Part shown: positions 37,548 through 51,930 of the stretch, piece by piece | Numbering within the stretch: the first letter of the stretch is position 1 | Layout: the number at the start of each line of letters is the position of its first letter | From: Setoptus koraiensis | Taxonomy: Eukaryota; Animalia; Arthropoda | NCBI GenBank assembly: GCA_048013815.1 | Contig: CM106586.1 | Coordinates: 9,858,001 to 9,922,000 of the forward strand | Direction: 5' to 3' | DNA: 64,000 bases | Made by a program: the position numbers and the translations under genes | The notes under the pieces: model-generated | What the model saw: the letters and a program-made list of their open reading frames with translations, nothing else | Database searches by the model: none | Told to the model about the DNA's origin: nothing

Positions 37548-38697
37548 TTAACAGTACTGACGGTTACTTATGTGCCGGAAGTTGTGCCACATTGCTCTGT
37601 TGTTGACAGCGGAGCGGACCGGCCCGACCTAACCCGCACTGGATCCCTGAACGGTCCGGTATACCGACCGGGTGAGGCGCGCCACCTATGACTATCCGTG
37701 GCTATCTATGCGATATATGGTGATATATTGTGACATGTTGTGACTATGTCACCATATGTGCGCCTATAAGTGCCATTGTCGACTGTTCGCTGGCGCGCCC
37801 GATGACGCAAGCCAGTTGGCAAGCTAGCTCACAATTGTGGCACAATAGAGGCTCGCTTGCAATGTCAGACATAGAGTGAGTGTGTCGCTTGGCGCCCCTC
37901 AGATGTCGCTGGCCGGCAGCGGGCCGCGCGCGAGCCCATTTGCATTTGATGAACTGCGTAAACATACGCATACAGATACAGGTAATTAATGTTTGTCAGG
38001 TAATTAGGCGAGATTGATACAACAGCGGGCGAGCGTTATCCTCGGCGAGCATCTTGTCTCGAATGTGTGTCCGCTAATGACCATAATTGGTGGCCACAAA
38101 CAAACAAGCAATCAAGCGACCGGGCGATCGGGCGATCAAGCGAACGACCACTCAAACTGGCCAAAACTGGCCACTGACCGCAACAGCCTATAGGGCAGCC
38201 AATGGAGAAGCGAATGGATATAGAGAAGCAAATAAACGCAGAGAGGCAAACAAACAAACGCAGAGAAGCAAATAAACAAACGACTAATCAGACTGATCAG
38301 ACCAATCAGACTAATCAGCGATTAGCAATCAGTGGACTGACAGAAAGTAACATCTCAACTTTTACTGACGCTTAGATGCGCTGGTTGGTGGCGCTGTAAT
38401 TGAGTGTAGCGATCAATTAAAACGACGAGCAGAAATTAAATAACTCGCAATAACAGCCAGACGCGACCATTGACTGTCGATGATGGACGACGATTAAATT
38501 TAGATAAACTGGCGCTGATAACTAACGAGCACATAAACGTTTTAGTTCGTACGCGCCGGCGAAATTCTTGTCGGTGTCGCGAAGCGGAATTGTCTCGTGT
38601 CTGTTAAAACGCTCGTTTATCCGTTGCTGTTGGTTGGTTGATACGTTCGGATCGCTCCGGTCTCCGGTATCAAACTGGCGAGCACGCGTGAAGACCC

Positions 38698-38755
38698 ACC
38701 GACGGCAACCACCGACGGCAACCACCGACGGCAACCACCGACGGCAACCACCGAC
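38698..38755. repeat. 13-bp tandem array (ACCGACGGCAACC) x4+
   Basis: Direct reading. Confidence 0.9.
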
Positions 38756-39274
38756 AGCAGCAGCAGCAACCACAACGACAACCGCATCATGCAAACGACA
38801 GCAACAACACACAAGCGACAGCAACAACATGCAAACGACATACAAACAACATACAAACAACACGACGGCGATATCGCGCCGGCGATAAAATTCCCGACTT
38901 TATGTCTGCCGTCGCGCCGCCTCAACGCGCCCGTCACCCGCGACCTGTGAAGCGGGCGGCATTTCTGGCGAGTGCTCGCCAGTCTCGGCCGCGAACGCGC
39001 CGCATCTACGTTTATATCTGGTCGTGTCATTTTATTTATATCTGGTCGTGTCATTTTAGTTATATCTGGTCGTGTCATTTTGGTTATAGGCACGTCAAAT
39101 GTGACGGCCGTCACATCGTCTCGACGAGATACTGTGACAGATAATTGACGAATATGGAAATGTCAGGCCGCCAGATACCAGCGCCACGCAGTCACCTGTC
39201 GCTGAGCAGTCACCTGTCGCGAGCAGCGCCAAAGTGGCAATATTTTCGCGATTCCGTCAGTGCGATATTGCCAT

Positions 39275-39326
39275 ATTTGCCGCATTTGCCGCATTTGCCG
39301 CATTTGCCACATTTGCCACATTTGCC
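39275..39326. repeat. 9-bp tandem array (ATTTGCCRC) x6
   Basis: Direct reading. Confidence 0.9.
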
Positions 39327-42300
39327 CGTGGTGGCCATTTTGCCCCGCACACCGCATTGCGGAGCCGGCGCGGAGCAAAAATTATTGCAATTATGGCAAA
39401 AATTTTTTGCCGAATGGCAACCGATTCGCGGCCGGCTGGCTGGCCTTCGCTCGAGCTCAATTTTGTCGAGCCGATAGCTCAATTTGACCGACCATTCATT
39501 TGTGAGCCGGCTCCATCGGCGGCAAGCGCGGGCCGGCTAATTTGGCATGGGCAAGTGCCAAATGTGGCAACTGGATGCGATATTTCACATGGAGCGCCAA
39601 TGGCAGCAGCAATCTTGTTATCTATTATCGCCGGCGTGATCTCTCAATTTGTCTGCGGCGCACAAATTGAGGGGTCGGCCGCGGCGGCCGCCGCGGCAGC
39701 AACCGCACTGGCCGACCGCAACAAGCCGCCGCCGCGCCACCGACGCCCGCCGCACCGCTGACGAGACGCGGCCGCGCGATAACCGTCGCGGGACGCCGGC
39801 GGACGCGCAGCAAACGAACAATGGCAACAATAAACGGCGAAACAATTTGAATACCCGGCTCACCTGTTGCGCCGGTGTGGCCCCGGTGCGCCGGCCACGC
39901 CGGGCCGCAACTCGAGCCAACAATTAGTGCGCGCCGTAATTAGCGGCCGCTGGTGGGTGGCGGTGGCCAGAGTGTCGGCGGCCAGAGTGTCGGTGGCCAA
40001 AGTGTCGGCGCTATTAATTATCGGCCGGCTCGGGCCGGTCGGCGGCGAGTCGCTGCGGCCCGCAACAGCGGCGGGCCTGTAATTGGCAAGTGTGAGTTTG
40101 CGCAGTTTGCGCGCCAGTTGCCACACACAGCCGGCGATTATGTAATCGGCGTTGTTGGCGCACAGGCGAGCCCCCGGGCTGGCAGCGCAAACAAAACGCT
40201 GATGACTTAATCATCGGCACCGTTGGCGTTACTTCTGGGCGTGCTGCCAGCTGTTCACCTGTTGGCTCACCTGTCGCTGTCAGTTTGTGTCGTACGTTCC
40301 GACGGTCACTGTTGGACAGTGCATGCGCGGAATTTGCCATTTTCGCCACTTGCCGCTTGCGCGGCCGCCAATTCGGACCTGTCAGCCAATTGCCTACTCA
40401 AACTGCCAATTTGGCCGCTTCGGCCGCTTCGGCCGCTTCGTCCAGTTCGTCCAGTTCGGCCCAGTGGTCAGTTCGGCCCAGTGGCCAACCGTGATTCACA
40501 GGCTGTGAACCCGGCAAAGCGAGCCGAGCTTGCCACCGGCTTCGTGCGCTCGCCGGCCCGACCATCAATCATCGCGCGGCTCGCAATTGCGAACGGAACG
40601 CGCGGATATCTCAATTGTGGCCGCCAAATTTGCATTCTCTCTCGCCCGATCTGGTCGGATCTCGCCAAACGAAACTGGCATATATTGCATACATATACAA
40701 TGCATATATATATAAAGCGTATATTCGTGTGTGGCGGCCTCTCGGCGGCACCGTCGATGAAAAAACTCGCCCGACCAACGCCGCACTCACTGGCGTTTTG
40801 TTCAGCGCGGCCAAATCCGCGACCAGATTAGCGACCGGCCGATCCCGATCGCGCCGCAGTCGGGCAGTCGTAAGCCGTCATGAGTGTCGGCCCGGCCAGG
40901 TGACCGGCTGCAGCGGCCACTATGGCCCTGGTGGCCGCGCGCGATGATTGATGAGCGGATGAGCGAGTGACCGGGTGAGCTGCGCTCGGGCGAGCGGACC
41001 GACGGGCGAGCGAGCGCATAATGAGCGCGAATGAGCGCCCCAGAAGAGCGAACGAAAACAAGCGGCCTCGTTGGTACTCGTAATTGTGCCAACAAGCTCG
41101 CCCGACACTGCGAAATGATCGCTATGAGCACAATTAATTCATTTCGCTCGGTCCGTCTCATTGCGGGCCGGGTTGCGCCACGGCGATCCGACGGGCCGCT
41201 TGTGCCCGGCAAACAAACAAACAAACATTCGTTGCAAGTCGGCGCGAACGGGTGAAACGGGCGAACGGGCAGCCGCGGAACGGGGGCTGCAGTCCGGGCG
41301 GGCCGGGCGGCCCGCGGCGACAACGAACGCGCAACAAGACTGACAGAGTCGTGCGCCGGGTATGCGAGCTATGCAAATGCGGCCGGCGCGTCGGCTGTTA
41401 CCTGTGGGCTGTTGCGCGGATTCTCACGCTTGCGCTGGCGCGATCACACAGTTCTTAATGAGAACTGGCGAGAGATTTCGTGCGCAATTCAACAGTTGCC
41501 CGACTCGGACGGCCGTGCCGGGCGCCGGGCCGCCTGAGAAGGCCTGTGAGAAGGCCGGCTTGCGAGCGGCGGGTCGGCGGCGGGCGCGGGCGCGGCCGGT
41601 GTGAATCTTATTACGGCGTTCGTTCAATGGCGCTGTTCAACGATAATAAGTCCATTGATAATGATTGATCGATTGTGCGATGATTGTAATTAAGAAGCTG
41701 CCCGGCGAGCGGCGGCTCGCCGGCTGCAATTGGCCAATTGTTGCCATTGTTGGCATCGTTGATCGGCGAGATTCTCCGATTTCGTCGTCTTGGGCCATCG
41801 GGCCGGCCGACGTTCGCGACCGGCCGGCTATCGGCGCGGCCAGTCGGCCACTGAGACTAGCGAATAGTTGTGGCAAATAAACAAGAATAAACAAGAATAA
41901 ACAACGAGAGAAACAAGAATGGCCCGACTGGCAGCTCCTTTGTTGGCCGTGCTCGTCGTGTCGCCCGTCGCATGGGCACAGGTCGGCGCGGCTCGGCTCG
42001 GCGCGGAGCGGGTCGCCCGCCACTGCGACAGGTCACCTTGGCGTGTATCCAGCACACACATTATATACACTGTGTACTATGTAGTGCGCAGTGCGCCGTC
42101 GGGCCGGCAACGTAAGCCGTCACAACAATGGCCGGATTAGGCGGATATGAGAGGGTCGCTTTGTTGTCGCTGCCGTTGTTGCTGCTGTTGTTGTTGCTGT
42201 TGTTGCTGTTGCCGGTGTCGCTGTTGTGACGGCTCGAATCATTCATTGTTTGCTTAGCTAAATGGCGCGCTCACCTGTGCTGCCGCCGCCGCTGCCGGCC

Positions 42301-45090
42301 AATTCACCTGGCGAGCGCTGCCGCTCGCACGAAGCGGGCAAGGTTAGCTAACAAGTGGCTGCCGCTCGTTACCTGCATTGTTACCTGTTACCTGTCCGAT
42401 GTTACCTGTTGGCTGTTACCTGTTGGCTGTTACCTGTGCTCGTTGCTCGGCGCTCGTTCAAGTTCATGCGCTGTGCCGCTGGGCGGCGAGACGGCCGCGC
42501 AACTATGCACTTGTTTGTTCGCACTTTATAGGCCCGCTTCGCTCGCCGGACTGCGGCGCTCCGCGCCGCGATTCACCGTTGTGTGTGGTCGCCCGATGAG
42601 CATGATCAGCGATTTGGCCGCTCGGGCAGTCGGCCGCTGCCGCTGTTGTTGCCGCTGTCGTTGCTGTTGTTGCTGATGCGACTGCTGCCCACCACACACA
42701 ACAACAACAACAACAGCGGCAACAACAGCGGCAACAACAGCGGCAACAACAGCAGCAACAACAACAACAGCAGCAACAGCGGCACGGACGGGCCCATGCA
42801 GCCGCGTGATGCAGGCAGCGACTGATGGCGCCGCTTCACGAGGCGCCGCAACAGCAACAAATTGATTAGATTAGCAATCGATGGTCGCACACCTATTGTT
42901 ACATAACTTGTGCACATCATCGACAGCTGCCCGTCCGTCCGTCTGGCCGGCCAGCGTCGCCAGGTGGCGCGACTCGCACTGACCGCTTGCGCGACGCGCT
43001 CCGACCGCTTGCGCGACGCGCACTGACCACTTGCGCAACTCGCGGCCTATTACGCAACTATTACCTCTGTCATAATAGTGAGTGCCGTGGCGCAACAGGA
43101 CCATTGCGCAACCTTTCCATCGCTCAATAGTGCTCATTCGAGCCGTGGTCGCAATTGCGCAACAGTACGTGCCGTCGAGAGCGGCTCAAGTCGCTCAAAC
43201 GACAACTTGATCGGGCCAGATGACGGCGCACAACAGCGCCAACTGCGACCGCTGTCGACCGCTGTCAACCGCTGCCGGCCGGGCCAATTGCGACACCGAC
43301 ACTGACAATGGCGGTGTTGATTCATGCAGTGAGCCGTGCCGTCGGCAGCGCCATTCACAACCAGCGCCGCCATTCATTCGCGCCGTCCATTGTTACGTAA
43401 CACTCACACAACAAATTACGTCTAGCGCACAACAGGCAGCGTGTGTAATTTGTTTTGCGTCAGTGTCGCGCTCACAAGTCACTGGCGAGTATTTATAGAG
43501 CGGCCACTTGTTGCTGTTGTCAGTGCAATCTGGCCGGAGCGAGCCGTGAGCGGCCTTGACTAAACGACTCGCTGTCATTGTTGACCAGTGCCAACGATGA
43601 AATTACGCAACAATTAGTCAACCGCACACACACACTGCTAATTTGCTTACAAGTTTCCGGACGCAAACAGCGCACGCTCGCCACCGTTTGCCCTCACACA
43701 CCTCACACGACCGCACAAACAGTGGCCGGGCAGCGGGGCCGGGCGGCGGAGCGGCCCGAGCGGCAAAGCGGCCCGTCCGAGCCGGTCGGCACCGGGCGGC
43801 GCACATCAATGGGGCGAGCGGTGTGAGCTTTGGCCGAGTGCCAGTCACGCCACACTGGCAGCCGAAGCAATAAGCGTCCGCTCGATGCGCCGGCCGCCCG
43901 TCTCATCGCGGCTGCCGCTCGTCTGATTACCGCCACCAATTCACTCTGTGCGCCGCCGGGACGCGTCCCGCCGGCGGCCAGTGATCAGCCGGTTGAGCGT
44001 GCCGCCGACAACAAGCGCTGATAATTACCGCACCGCCCGACATTGGCCCACGACAACATTGAGATATCGAGCTGAGATATATCAGCTCGAACATGTTACT
44101 ACCGCGGGTTACCGGCGCGGGGTATCCGCATTGTTGCAGGCGGCCCGCAGATCGTGCCGCGGCCGGCCACCCCCACAACAACAACCTGCCAACACTATGT
44201 ACAACTTTATTACGTGCCCCCCTGCCGCCCCCAACAACTTTATTACGTGCCCCCCCCCCCCAAAAAACTTTATTCGATCGAGTTTGTTCATTCAGTGTGG
44301 GTGGCGACTTTAATGAAGCGCAAACTTTGGCGCTTTTAGTGGCGAAAAGGGGCGTGCGGTGCGCGGATTCACCTGTTGCCGGCGCTGTTGCAGCAGCTGT
44401 TGGGTTGTTGTTGCTAGTTTGTTGCTCCTGTCGTTGCTAGCTTGTTGCTGTTGTCGTTGTAAGGTTGTTGCTGTTGTTGGGTTGTTGCCGTTGTCGTTGT
44501 TGTTAGGTTGTTGTTGCTGCTGTTGCTGTTGTTGCGCCGGTGGTCGGGTCTGGCGTGCTTGTCCGCCCACCATTGCGCAACTTTGTCAGATTATCAGCGC
44601 TCGTTCGTGGCTCGTCGGCGGCCCGAGCCGCAACAAACAAACGAATTAGCAGCAGCGGCTCGCCTTTGCCGCCGCTGTCCGACACGCCGCTTGCCGACTC
44701 ATCGCAATCGCTGTTGCGCAATCAAACGATGAAATGAATTGTTATTGCCAACAAGCGAATGCATGAATTATCCGCGAGCGAGTTGCAAAAATGATGATGA
44801 TCCATCGCTAATTCGCGCCAGCCAGCCCCTCGCATGTAATCGCTAATGACAACTAACAACTGCTCATGTGTATAAACATTGCATGAACACTGCATGTAAT
44901 GCGTTGCCATTATACGCTGCCTCTCTATTGCTATATTACTCTATTACTCTATTGCTTTATTACGCAACGCTAGGCTCGCTCGCGCAAATCTGTGCCAATG
45001 CGATCGCGCGGACGCTGTGCCCGCGAGCGGTGCTCATGCGACCAGCCTGCGCGATGCACGGATTTTTTTCTGCAAGAATCGCCGCTGCGT

Positions 45091-45200
45091 TTTGCCCCAT
45101 TTCGCCCCATCCTGCTCCGATTTGCCCCATTCTGCTCCGATTTGCCCCATTCTGCTCCTGTTAGCTGCATTCTGCTCCGATTTGCTGCAGCTTGCTCTTG
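45091..45200. repeat. 10-bp array with 20-bp higher-order unit (TTTGCCCCAT/TCTGCTCCGA)
   Basis: Eleven in-register decamers. Confidence 0.9.
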
Positions 45201-45442
45201 TCGGCCTGCGCCTATTTCACCTGATTTTGCGCGCCATCACAGTGCGCACGAACGGTGTTGCGCAATCGGCGCCACGGCCCACACATAATGGACGAACGGT
45301 CGAAATAATGGCCAGACCATTAGGCGATCACTCAATCATGATGGTATCATTAGCGAGCACGCGTGTGGTCTAGCCAGCTAATGTCATTGCGAAATTATCA
45401 TTGCCGCATTATCCGCTCGCCTCGCCGGGCCGCGAACACAAA

Positions 45443-45471
45443 GCTGTCGTTGTTGTTGTTGTCGTCGTTGT

Positions 45472-45504
<33 letters not shown>

Positions 45505-45625
45505 CGTTGTCGTTGTCGTTGTTGTCGTTGTTGTCGTTGTCGTTGTTGTCGTTGTTGTTGCTGTTGTTGTTGTCGTTGTTGTCGGTGTTGTTGCTGTTGT
45601 TGTTGTCGTTGTTGTCGGTGTCGCT
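45443..45625. repeat. Longest (GTT/GTC/GCT)n microsatellite in the window
   Basis: About 60 triplets; source of the poly-V/T/Q/L ORFs at 45363-45975. Confidence 0.95.
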
Positions 45626-46752
45626 GGCGTTGGCGCTGCCGTAGCTCGTCGTCGCGTTGGCAGCCAGCCGGGCGGCCGGCCCGAACTCGGTGGAGCGTCA
45701 TTGTCGCTGGCAATTGGCAGTGTGCAATTGCCAATTGTCAGACAAGTGCAGCGCACATTCGCGAGTCGCGACCAGCGGGGCCCTCTCAAAATGATGGATT
45801 GGCCGCCGATGTTGCCCGTCCGCCGACAACACCCGTCAGCTGATGCTGCCCGTCCGCCGACAACAGCGATCGTCAGCTGATCGGGCCAGGGCGACGATTT
45901 TTGGCTCGTGCGCCCCCTCGCGCTTTCATGCACAATTTGGCGGATCGGGCCCGCGTCGACAGGCGCGTTAGACACGCCATCAGCGTCTCGTTGCGTCTAT
46001 GGCGCGCATCGCATCGCCGCGTTGGCGGCTCAGATAATATCCGACGGATATGACGCGCTATAACATGGCGCGCAAGTTGGCACATCAGCTCGCATATTGG
46101 CTCGGGTATCAGCTCGCATATTAGCTCGCATATTAGATCATACATTAGCGCGAGCTGCGTGAGTTGTAGTCGCGAGTTGTCGCGACGATTCAAAGAATCG
46201 CCGAGTATCGCGGAGCAAGCGAAGAATCGCCGAGTATCGCGGAGCAAGCGAAGAATCGCAGCGAATGCGAGCAATCACGCAGAACGCCGAGAATTCTCGA
46301 GCTCGAGGCCGGCGCGAGGGCGAGAATTGGCGCGGGCGCGACGCTAGCAGACGACGAGTGATCGACTCTTGTCGAAATGGCGACGCTCGAGAGGCTCGAG
46401 CGGCCCGAGCGCCGCCGCATGGCACCCGATTATAATTAATTATCGTGAGTGCGCCAAAATATTTATTTTAACCGCTGAGCGCGCTGTTAACTCGCCCCAA
46501 AATCAACTCTCGCTGCCGGTTATTAACTCGATTCGCATAGCGCACCCCCGGCGGTTTATCAGTGAGACTTTCAGTGCACTGTCAGTTGCGACGACACTCA
46601 AACGACTGCGCGCATATCAATGTGTAATCAATCAACGCTAATTGACTTTGGCCCACTTCCAGTCGGGCACTGACGGTTGCACTTGTCTCAGTTGCACTTG
46701 TCACAGCCGCGGGCCGCCATTAACATTTGCGGCCCGCGGTGGCTTGCCCCGC

Positions 46753-46766
46753 CCGCTAGAGGGCGC
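46753..46766 (+). promoter_or_regulatory. CTCF consensus site downstream of gene
   Basis: CCGCTAGAGGGCGC followed by TG, exact consensus match. Confidence 0.55.
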
Positions 46767-48218
46767 TGCCTGTGCAATTGTAACTATTATCGCGTCGCCA
46801 GCATACAAACATACAGCAAACATACGCAAACGTCGCCGGCATACAAATGCACAAACAGATATATAGAAATATTTGCCGCGAGTGGCAGCATATAGACGAG
46901 CTCGGTGCGAATAAATTTGCATTTTTAGCGCCGCCGGTCGCTCGGCTGAGGCGGCTCGCCGGGCCGGCTCGGGCCGGCGGCGTTCATCCGGACCAGTTCG
47001 CGGCAGCGAGCCGTCCGAGTCGCACGAATCGCCCGAGCCGCCCGAGAGTCCGAGCCGCTCGAGCGGGCGCCATTCGGACAACATCCATTCGCGACAAGCG
47101 ACAAGCGAAAGGATGCGCCGCTGACGGCAACTTTCGCAGAGGGCGAGCGGCAAAAGAGTCGCTCTAATTAGAGATTGGTCACTTGCGGCTTCGGTGGGCC
47201 GGCTGGCCAGCGCGGAAAGTGCACGGAAACGAGCTGGCGAAGGTTGGCTCGGCCCGCGAATCGGCTTGGCCCACTAACAAGCTAATGAGCTAATGAGCTA
47301 ATTTGCATTTTGCACGCACGCCAATTAATGGGCTGCGCGCTGATTGCGGCTGCGATTGTTCGCCGGTCGCGGCCGCAATTGTTTCGCCTGTCGCGGGCGC
47401 GATTGTTTCGCCTGTCGCGGGCGCGATTGTTTCGCGGGCCATCACCGGCCGACAGCCCGACAGTTACCGGACTGGCCGACAGCTACCGGGCAGCACGACA
47501 GCCACCGGACTGGCTGGCGGGCCGGCGCTCGGGAGGCCGCACCGAAGGGCGAGCGGCAGCGAACAGGTTGCCGCGACAACCGGCAAATTGTATGCAAATC
47601 GGCGCGCACGCTCGTGACCGGGCTCATTAGCGGCGCTGCCTAGCCGGCTTCCGTCGGGCAGGTGCACCGCGCAGCCCGCCGCAGGCCGGCGGGTGGTCGG
47701 GCCGGCTGGCAAGGCGGCCGCTAGAGCATGTTGGATAGATATGTTGGTAGGCGGCGAGTGTCGCGCCGCGCCGAAACAGAATCGGCGGGACAAGACGACG
47801 AGGTGAACAGTTAGACGGCGACAGAGAATTAATTACAGTTTTGTCACCAGTGGCCACTCATGGGCCACTTAATGAGTTTCATGCGTGATTAGAAGCCCGT
47901 GGCCCGAGCCGCCGCGCTCGGACGGCGCGAACCGGCCACCGGCTTCGAGGCGGCGACCCGACAGCGCTGTGTGGGCCGCTCGAAGCGAGTCGCGGGCACT
48001 TACGCCGCAAGTTGTTTTGAGGGATTGCTGCTGTCCGCGCGCGGTCGTGCCCGTTGTCGCTGTTGTTGTTGTCGCTGTCGTTGTCGTTGTTGTCGCGATG
48101 ATGACCATTTAATGATGATAAATATCGCGCAACGCGACGAATTTAATTCAATTGAGAGCGCATTCGAATTTCAAAATGAATTGCGAGCGTCGCATTTCGA
48201 ACGCATTACTCACAGCCA

Positions 48219-48328
48219 TTTTGTCGCTATTTTGTCGCTATTCTGACGCTGTTCTGACGCTGTTTTGACGCTGTTTTGACGCTGTTTTGACGCTGTTTTG
48301 TCCCTGTTTTGTAGCTGTTTTGTGGCCG
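48219..48328. repeat. 11-bp tandem array (TTTTGACGCTG) x10
   Basis: Ten units of exactly 11 bp. Confidence 0.92.
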
Positions 48329-48485
48329 TGTCGGACACTGGCGAGACGCCGGCCGACACCAGCGGGCAACATCGCCCGCGACCACACTGGCTCGTCGCGA
48401 CTGGTGGCCCGCTCGAGATTGCATATTATGGTGCGCCTTCTTTTGCGGCGATTCCCTGCCTCTCGACGCAACTGGCGCTTGTGTT

Positions 48486-48597
48486 TTGGCCAGAATTTGG
48501 CCAGAATTTGGCCAGAATTTGGCCAGAATTTGGCCAAATTTTGCCCAAAACTTGGCCAAGTTTGCCCAAAACTTTGCCGAAATATGGCCAAAAACAC
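48486..48597. repeat. 11-bp array (TTGGCCAGAAT) with quasi-palindromic tail
   Basis: Four perfect units, then degenerate and inverted copies. Confidence 0.85.
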
Positions 48598-51500
48598 AGC
48601 AATCATCATCAGCGTCATTATATTCTCATTAGGCAATGGCGGTGCCTCTTCGCGCAATGAATCCGCTCAGAATCGTCTCTAATTGTCGTGTGCTGTCCGC
48701 CAGTGTTGCGCTCGGGTAAACTTGTCGGGCCGGCCGGGCGACGCCCCCGCGGTATTTCTCAATGATTGCAATCATTTCTGCATGCTCTTATTCACGTCGC
48801 TCATCGGTTGCATCGCTCGTTGTACCTTGGCAATACCCAATTGGTGTGCACAGATACGACGACAAGCGACTGACCACTGACAGCCGGTTGCAATAATTAT
48901 CTGACGATGATCGCTTTGGGCCCCTTCCGCTTTTCCGCCGAAATCATTTCGGAGAAATGAACGTTGTCGAATGTGGCGCCAAACGACTCACAATTGTCCG
49001 CTGCAATGACTCTCGCTGGCTATGACGATCGGTTGAAACGATCGGTTGAAACGATCGGGTCAGTTGGCCGGCCCGCCGCCAGGTCACTCGATATTGCATA
49101 ACATGATATTATCACTATTGCAACATACCAGTATAACGTGATATTACGCATATTGTTATGTAATAATATGTGTGTGACAACGTGATTGTGCACGAATTGT
49201 CGAGAATTTGCTTATTGAATTGGCGCTATTAACACGTCGAAAGGCAAACAATTGTAATGACGCTAATGGTATTATGTAATCTGCACAGTGACTCTGTTTG
49301 TGTGCGCGTAATGTGCACACTGATATGCACATGAGAGTGCACACAGTATTGACTTGTGCCAACTTAAACAACGGCACATGTATCAGTGCCACTGATTCAG
49401 TAGATTGATGATGACATCATAATCACCGACAACAACAACAACGACAACAACAACAACAGAAACAACAGTTGCTCCACGGCCTCTATTATACGCGGCACAA
49501 TTTATACCTAACGCGCTCATGACGCAACCGGCGCTGATGTTCCGCTGGGAGCGGCACAAATCATGATCATTAACTCGTGTGTGCCGATTTTGCGCTCGCC
49601 CCGACGATCCGCGCGCTCCGACGATCCGCTCGCTCCGACGCACCGAGCCTCTGGGGTCGCGCGGCGCGCACCCGAGCCTTGCCGGTGCAAATATGCGCAG
49701 CGGCACTTTGCGAGCGGCCCCAACGAAAGTCAATTTTCGCATTGGGACGCATTTGCACTGGAAGCAGCTTTGGGAAGACTCTAGTCGGGCAGCGCATCGC
49801 GGCCCGGCGAAGCGGTAGCGAGGGGCGCCAATGCGGCGGCGGCGGCGGTAATAACGTGCCTAATGTCACGCAATACATCAACAATCAATTTGTTTGTGCA
49901 CGCCACTTGCCCGTGCCGCCAATGCCGGCCCGCCCGCCCGCTATATAGGCCCGCAGTTGCATCTGTTGCGCAATATTGTTTGTTTGCGCTGTTTGTGTGC
50001 GAAATAATAACGGTCATTAGCTCGCCAGCCCGATCCAGTTTAGCCGGCCTTTCTATGCGGCTAACGGGCCACACAGGCTGGCCCAGTTGGCCCAGCGCGA
50101 CTTGCCCGCGCAGACCCGTGCGGACTAGTTGGGCGCCACTAAACTCGGTGCCAACCTGACTCCAATATTCGGCCTAACAGTTGGCCGGCCCGAGGCACAC
50201 AATTGGCGACACAACGGTACGTCAACGCGACTATGGGCAGCCGCCAGGGGCGCCGACTGAACAGGCACTTGATCTGGGCCGAATTCGATCCTAATTTCGG
50301 CCCAAATTGGCCCAGTGGGCGAGCAAGCGCCCAAATGGGCCAGTGGGCCGCCCAGGCCAGGGCCTAACGGGGCCCGAACGGGGCCAAGTGAGGCAATTTA
50401 GCGCGACTAATGGAGTGTGCGACAAGTCCGTACACGGGCGCTGCGTTTAGGCGCAAGACGGACCTATCGCGCCTATCTCCGGGCCGGTTGTTTGTCCGGC
50501 CGGCAGGTGGCCGCGCCAAACAGCAACAACGGCGGCGGCAGCAGCGGCAATCTCAGGTGCACTCGCATTAGCTAATTTATCTCTAGCGGCGGCCATGTCA
50601 ACTCAACATTGTTACAACAGGGTATAATAACAATAATAACACTAACATAAATCCGGCTACCTGTGCCGCTCGCAAGGTGCAGCGCAGGTAGCCGCGTTTG
50701 CGCGGGCCGGCCCGTTATTTGGCGTTATTTGTCATTACCTGGACGGCCGGTCGGGTATTGGGCCGGCGGGCCGTTATAGGGCAGTTGCGCTTGTTATCTG
50801 GCGAGTTGGTCTGGCCGCGCCAATTCAGTTTGACCGTCGCCGTAAATGGCACTAAAACTGCGCACATACCGGCTTCGGTGGCGCCAAACGAAATGGCAAA
50901 TCGTTTTATCGCCACTCGGCCAATCAGCGGCCAATCACGCCAACAAGTACAAGCTGACAAGCTCGTAAATGGCCGCTATAGGCCCCTCAGACTGAAGCGG
51001 TCAGTGTGCGGCCGCTATTAATTTCACTTTATCTCGGTTCGTGTTGCGCCGGACCGCGGCGTCAATCGGGCCGCTTATCGGGCCGCGCGGATCATTTCCA
51101 GCAATGCCGATTGCAGCCAACGCGAGTGGCGCCCGTCGCAAGTGGCGGCCAGCGCAAATTGCATCGGGCACAAATTGCGGTGCGCCCGCAACTAGCCCGG
51201 CGGTGCCCGTACAGACGCACGATGCACTTTTTGTTGTGCGGCTAGCGCGGAATATAGAGCGTTGGCGGGCGCGGCACCGCCACACCCGCGGGCCGCGTCG
51301 GCAGTGCGGGCCGGATCGCCGTCGCACAACAAACGTTGCGCAACAACGGCAACGACAGTTGACAGAGTGACAAAAAGCGATCCGATTTGGGCCAGTTTGT
51401 TGTTGTTTGTTTGTCAGTAACTATTTGTTGTCATTGGTTGTGTGTCGCTGTGATTGGCGCGTTGCCCGCTCATGTTCGTCGGCCGCGGGCGCGCGCGGTT

Positions 51501-51783
51501 CCGCTCCATGACCGATGAACAACTCACACCCCCTCCCGGGAGACAGGCACGCCTTTGGCGCACTGGGTGCCGCTCGGTCGGGCCCGTTTGATTGGGTGGC
51601 TGGCATCGAACTGAAATAATTCGAGTTCCAGTTCCAGTTCGAGTGCGTTCGCCAACGCCGCAATGGTTACGTCATATAACATATATAATCCGGGCAGCGG
51701 ACAACAAAAGAACAGAGAAGACACAATCGAACGATGATTGGAATTTGATGACGACTGACTGAGTGACTGGCCGACTGGCGTCG

Positions 51784-51930
51784 TTATTTCGCTGTCGTTG
51801 TTTCTGTCGTTGTTGTTTTTTGCTGCCGTTGCTGCCGTTGTTGCTGTTGTTGTTGCTGTTGTTGCTGTCGTTGCCGTCGTTGCTGTCGTTGCTGTCGCTG
51901 TTGCCGTTGCTGTCACTGTTGTCGCTGTTG
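51784..51930. repeat. (GTT/GCT/GTC)n microsatellite
   Basis: Direct reading. Confidence 0.9.
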
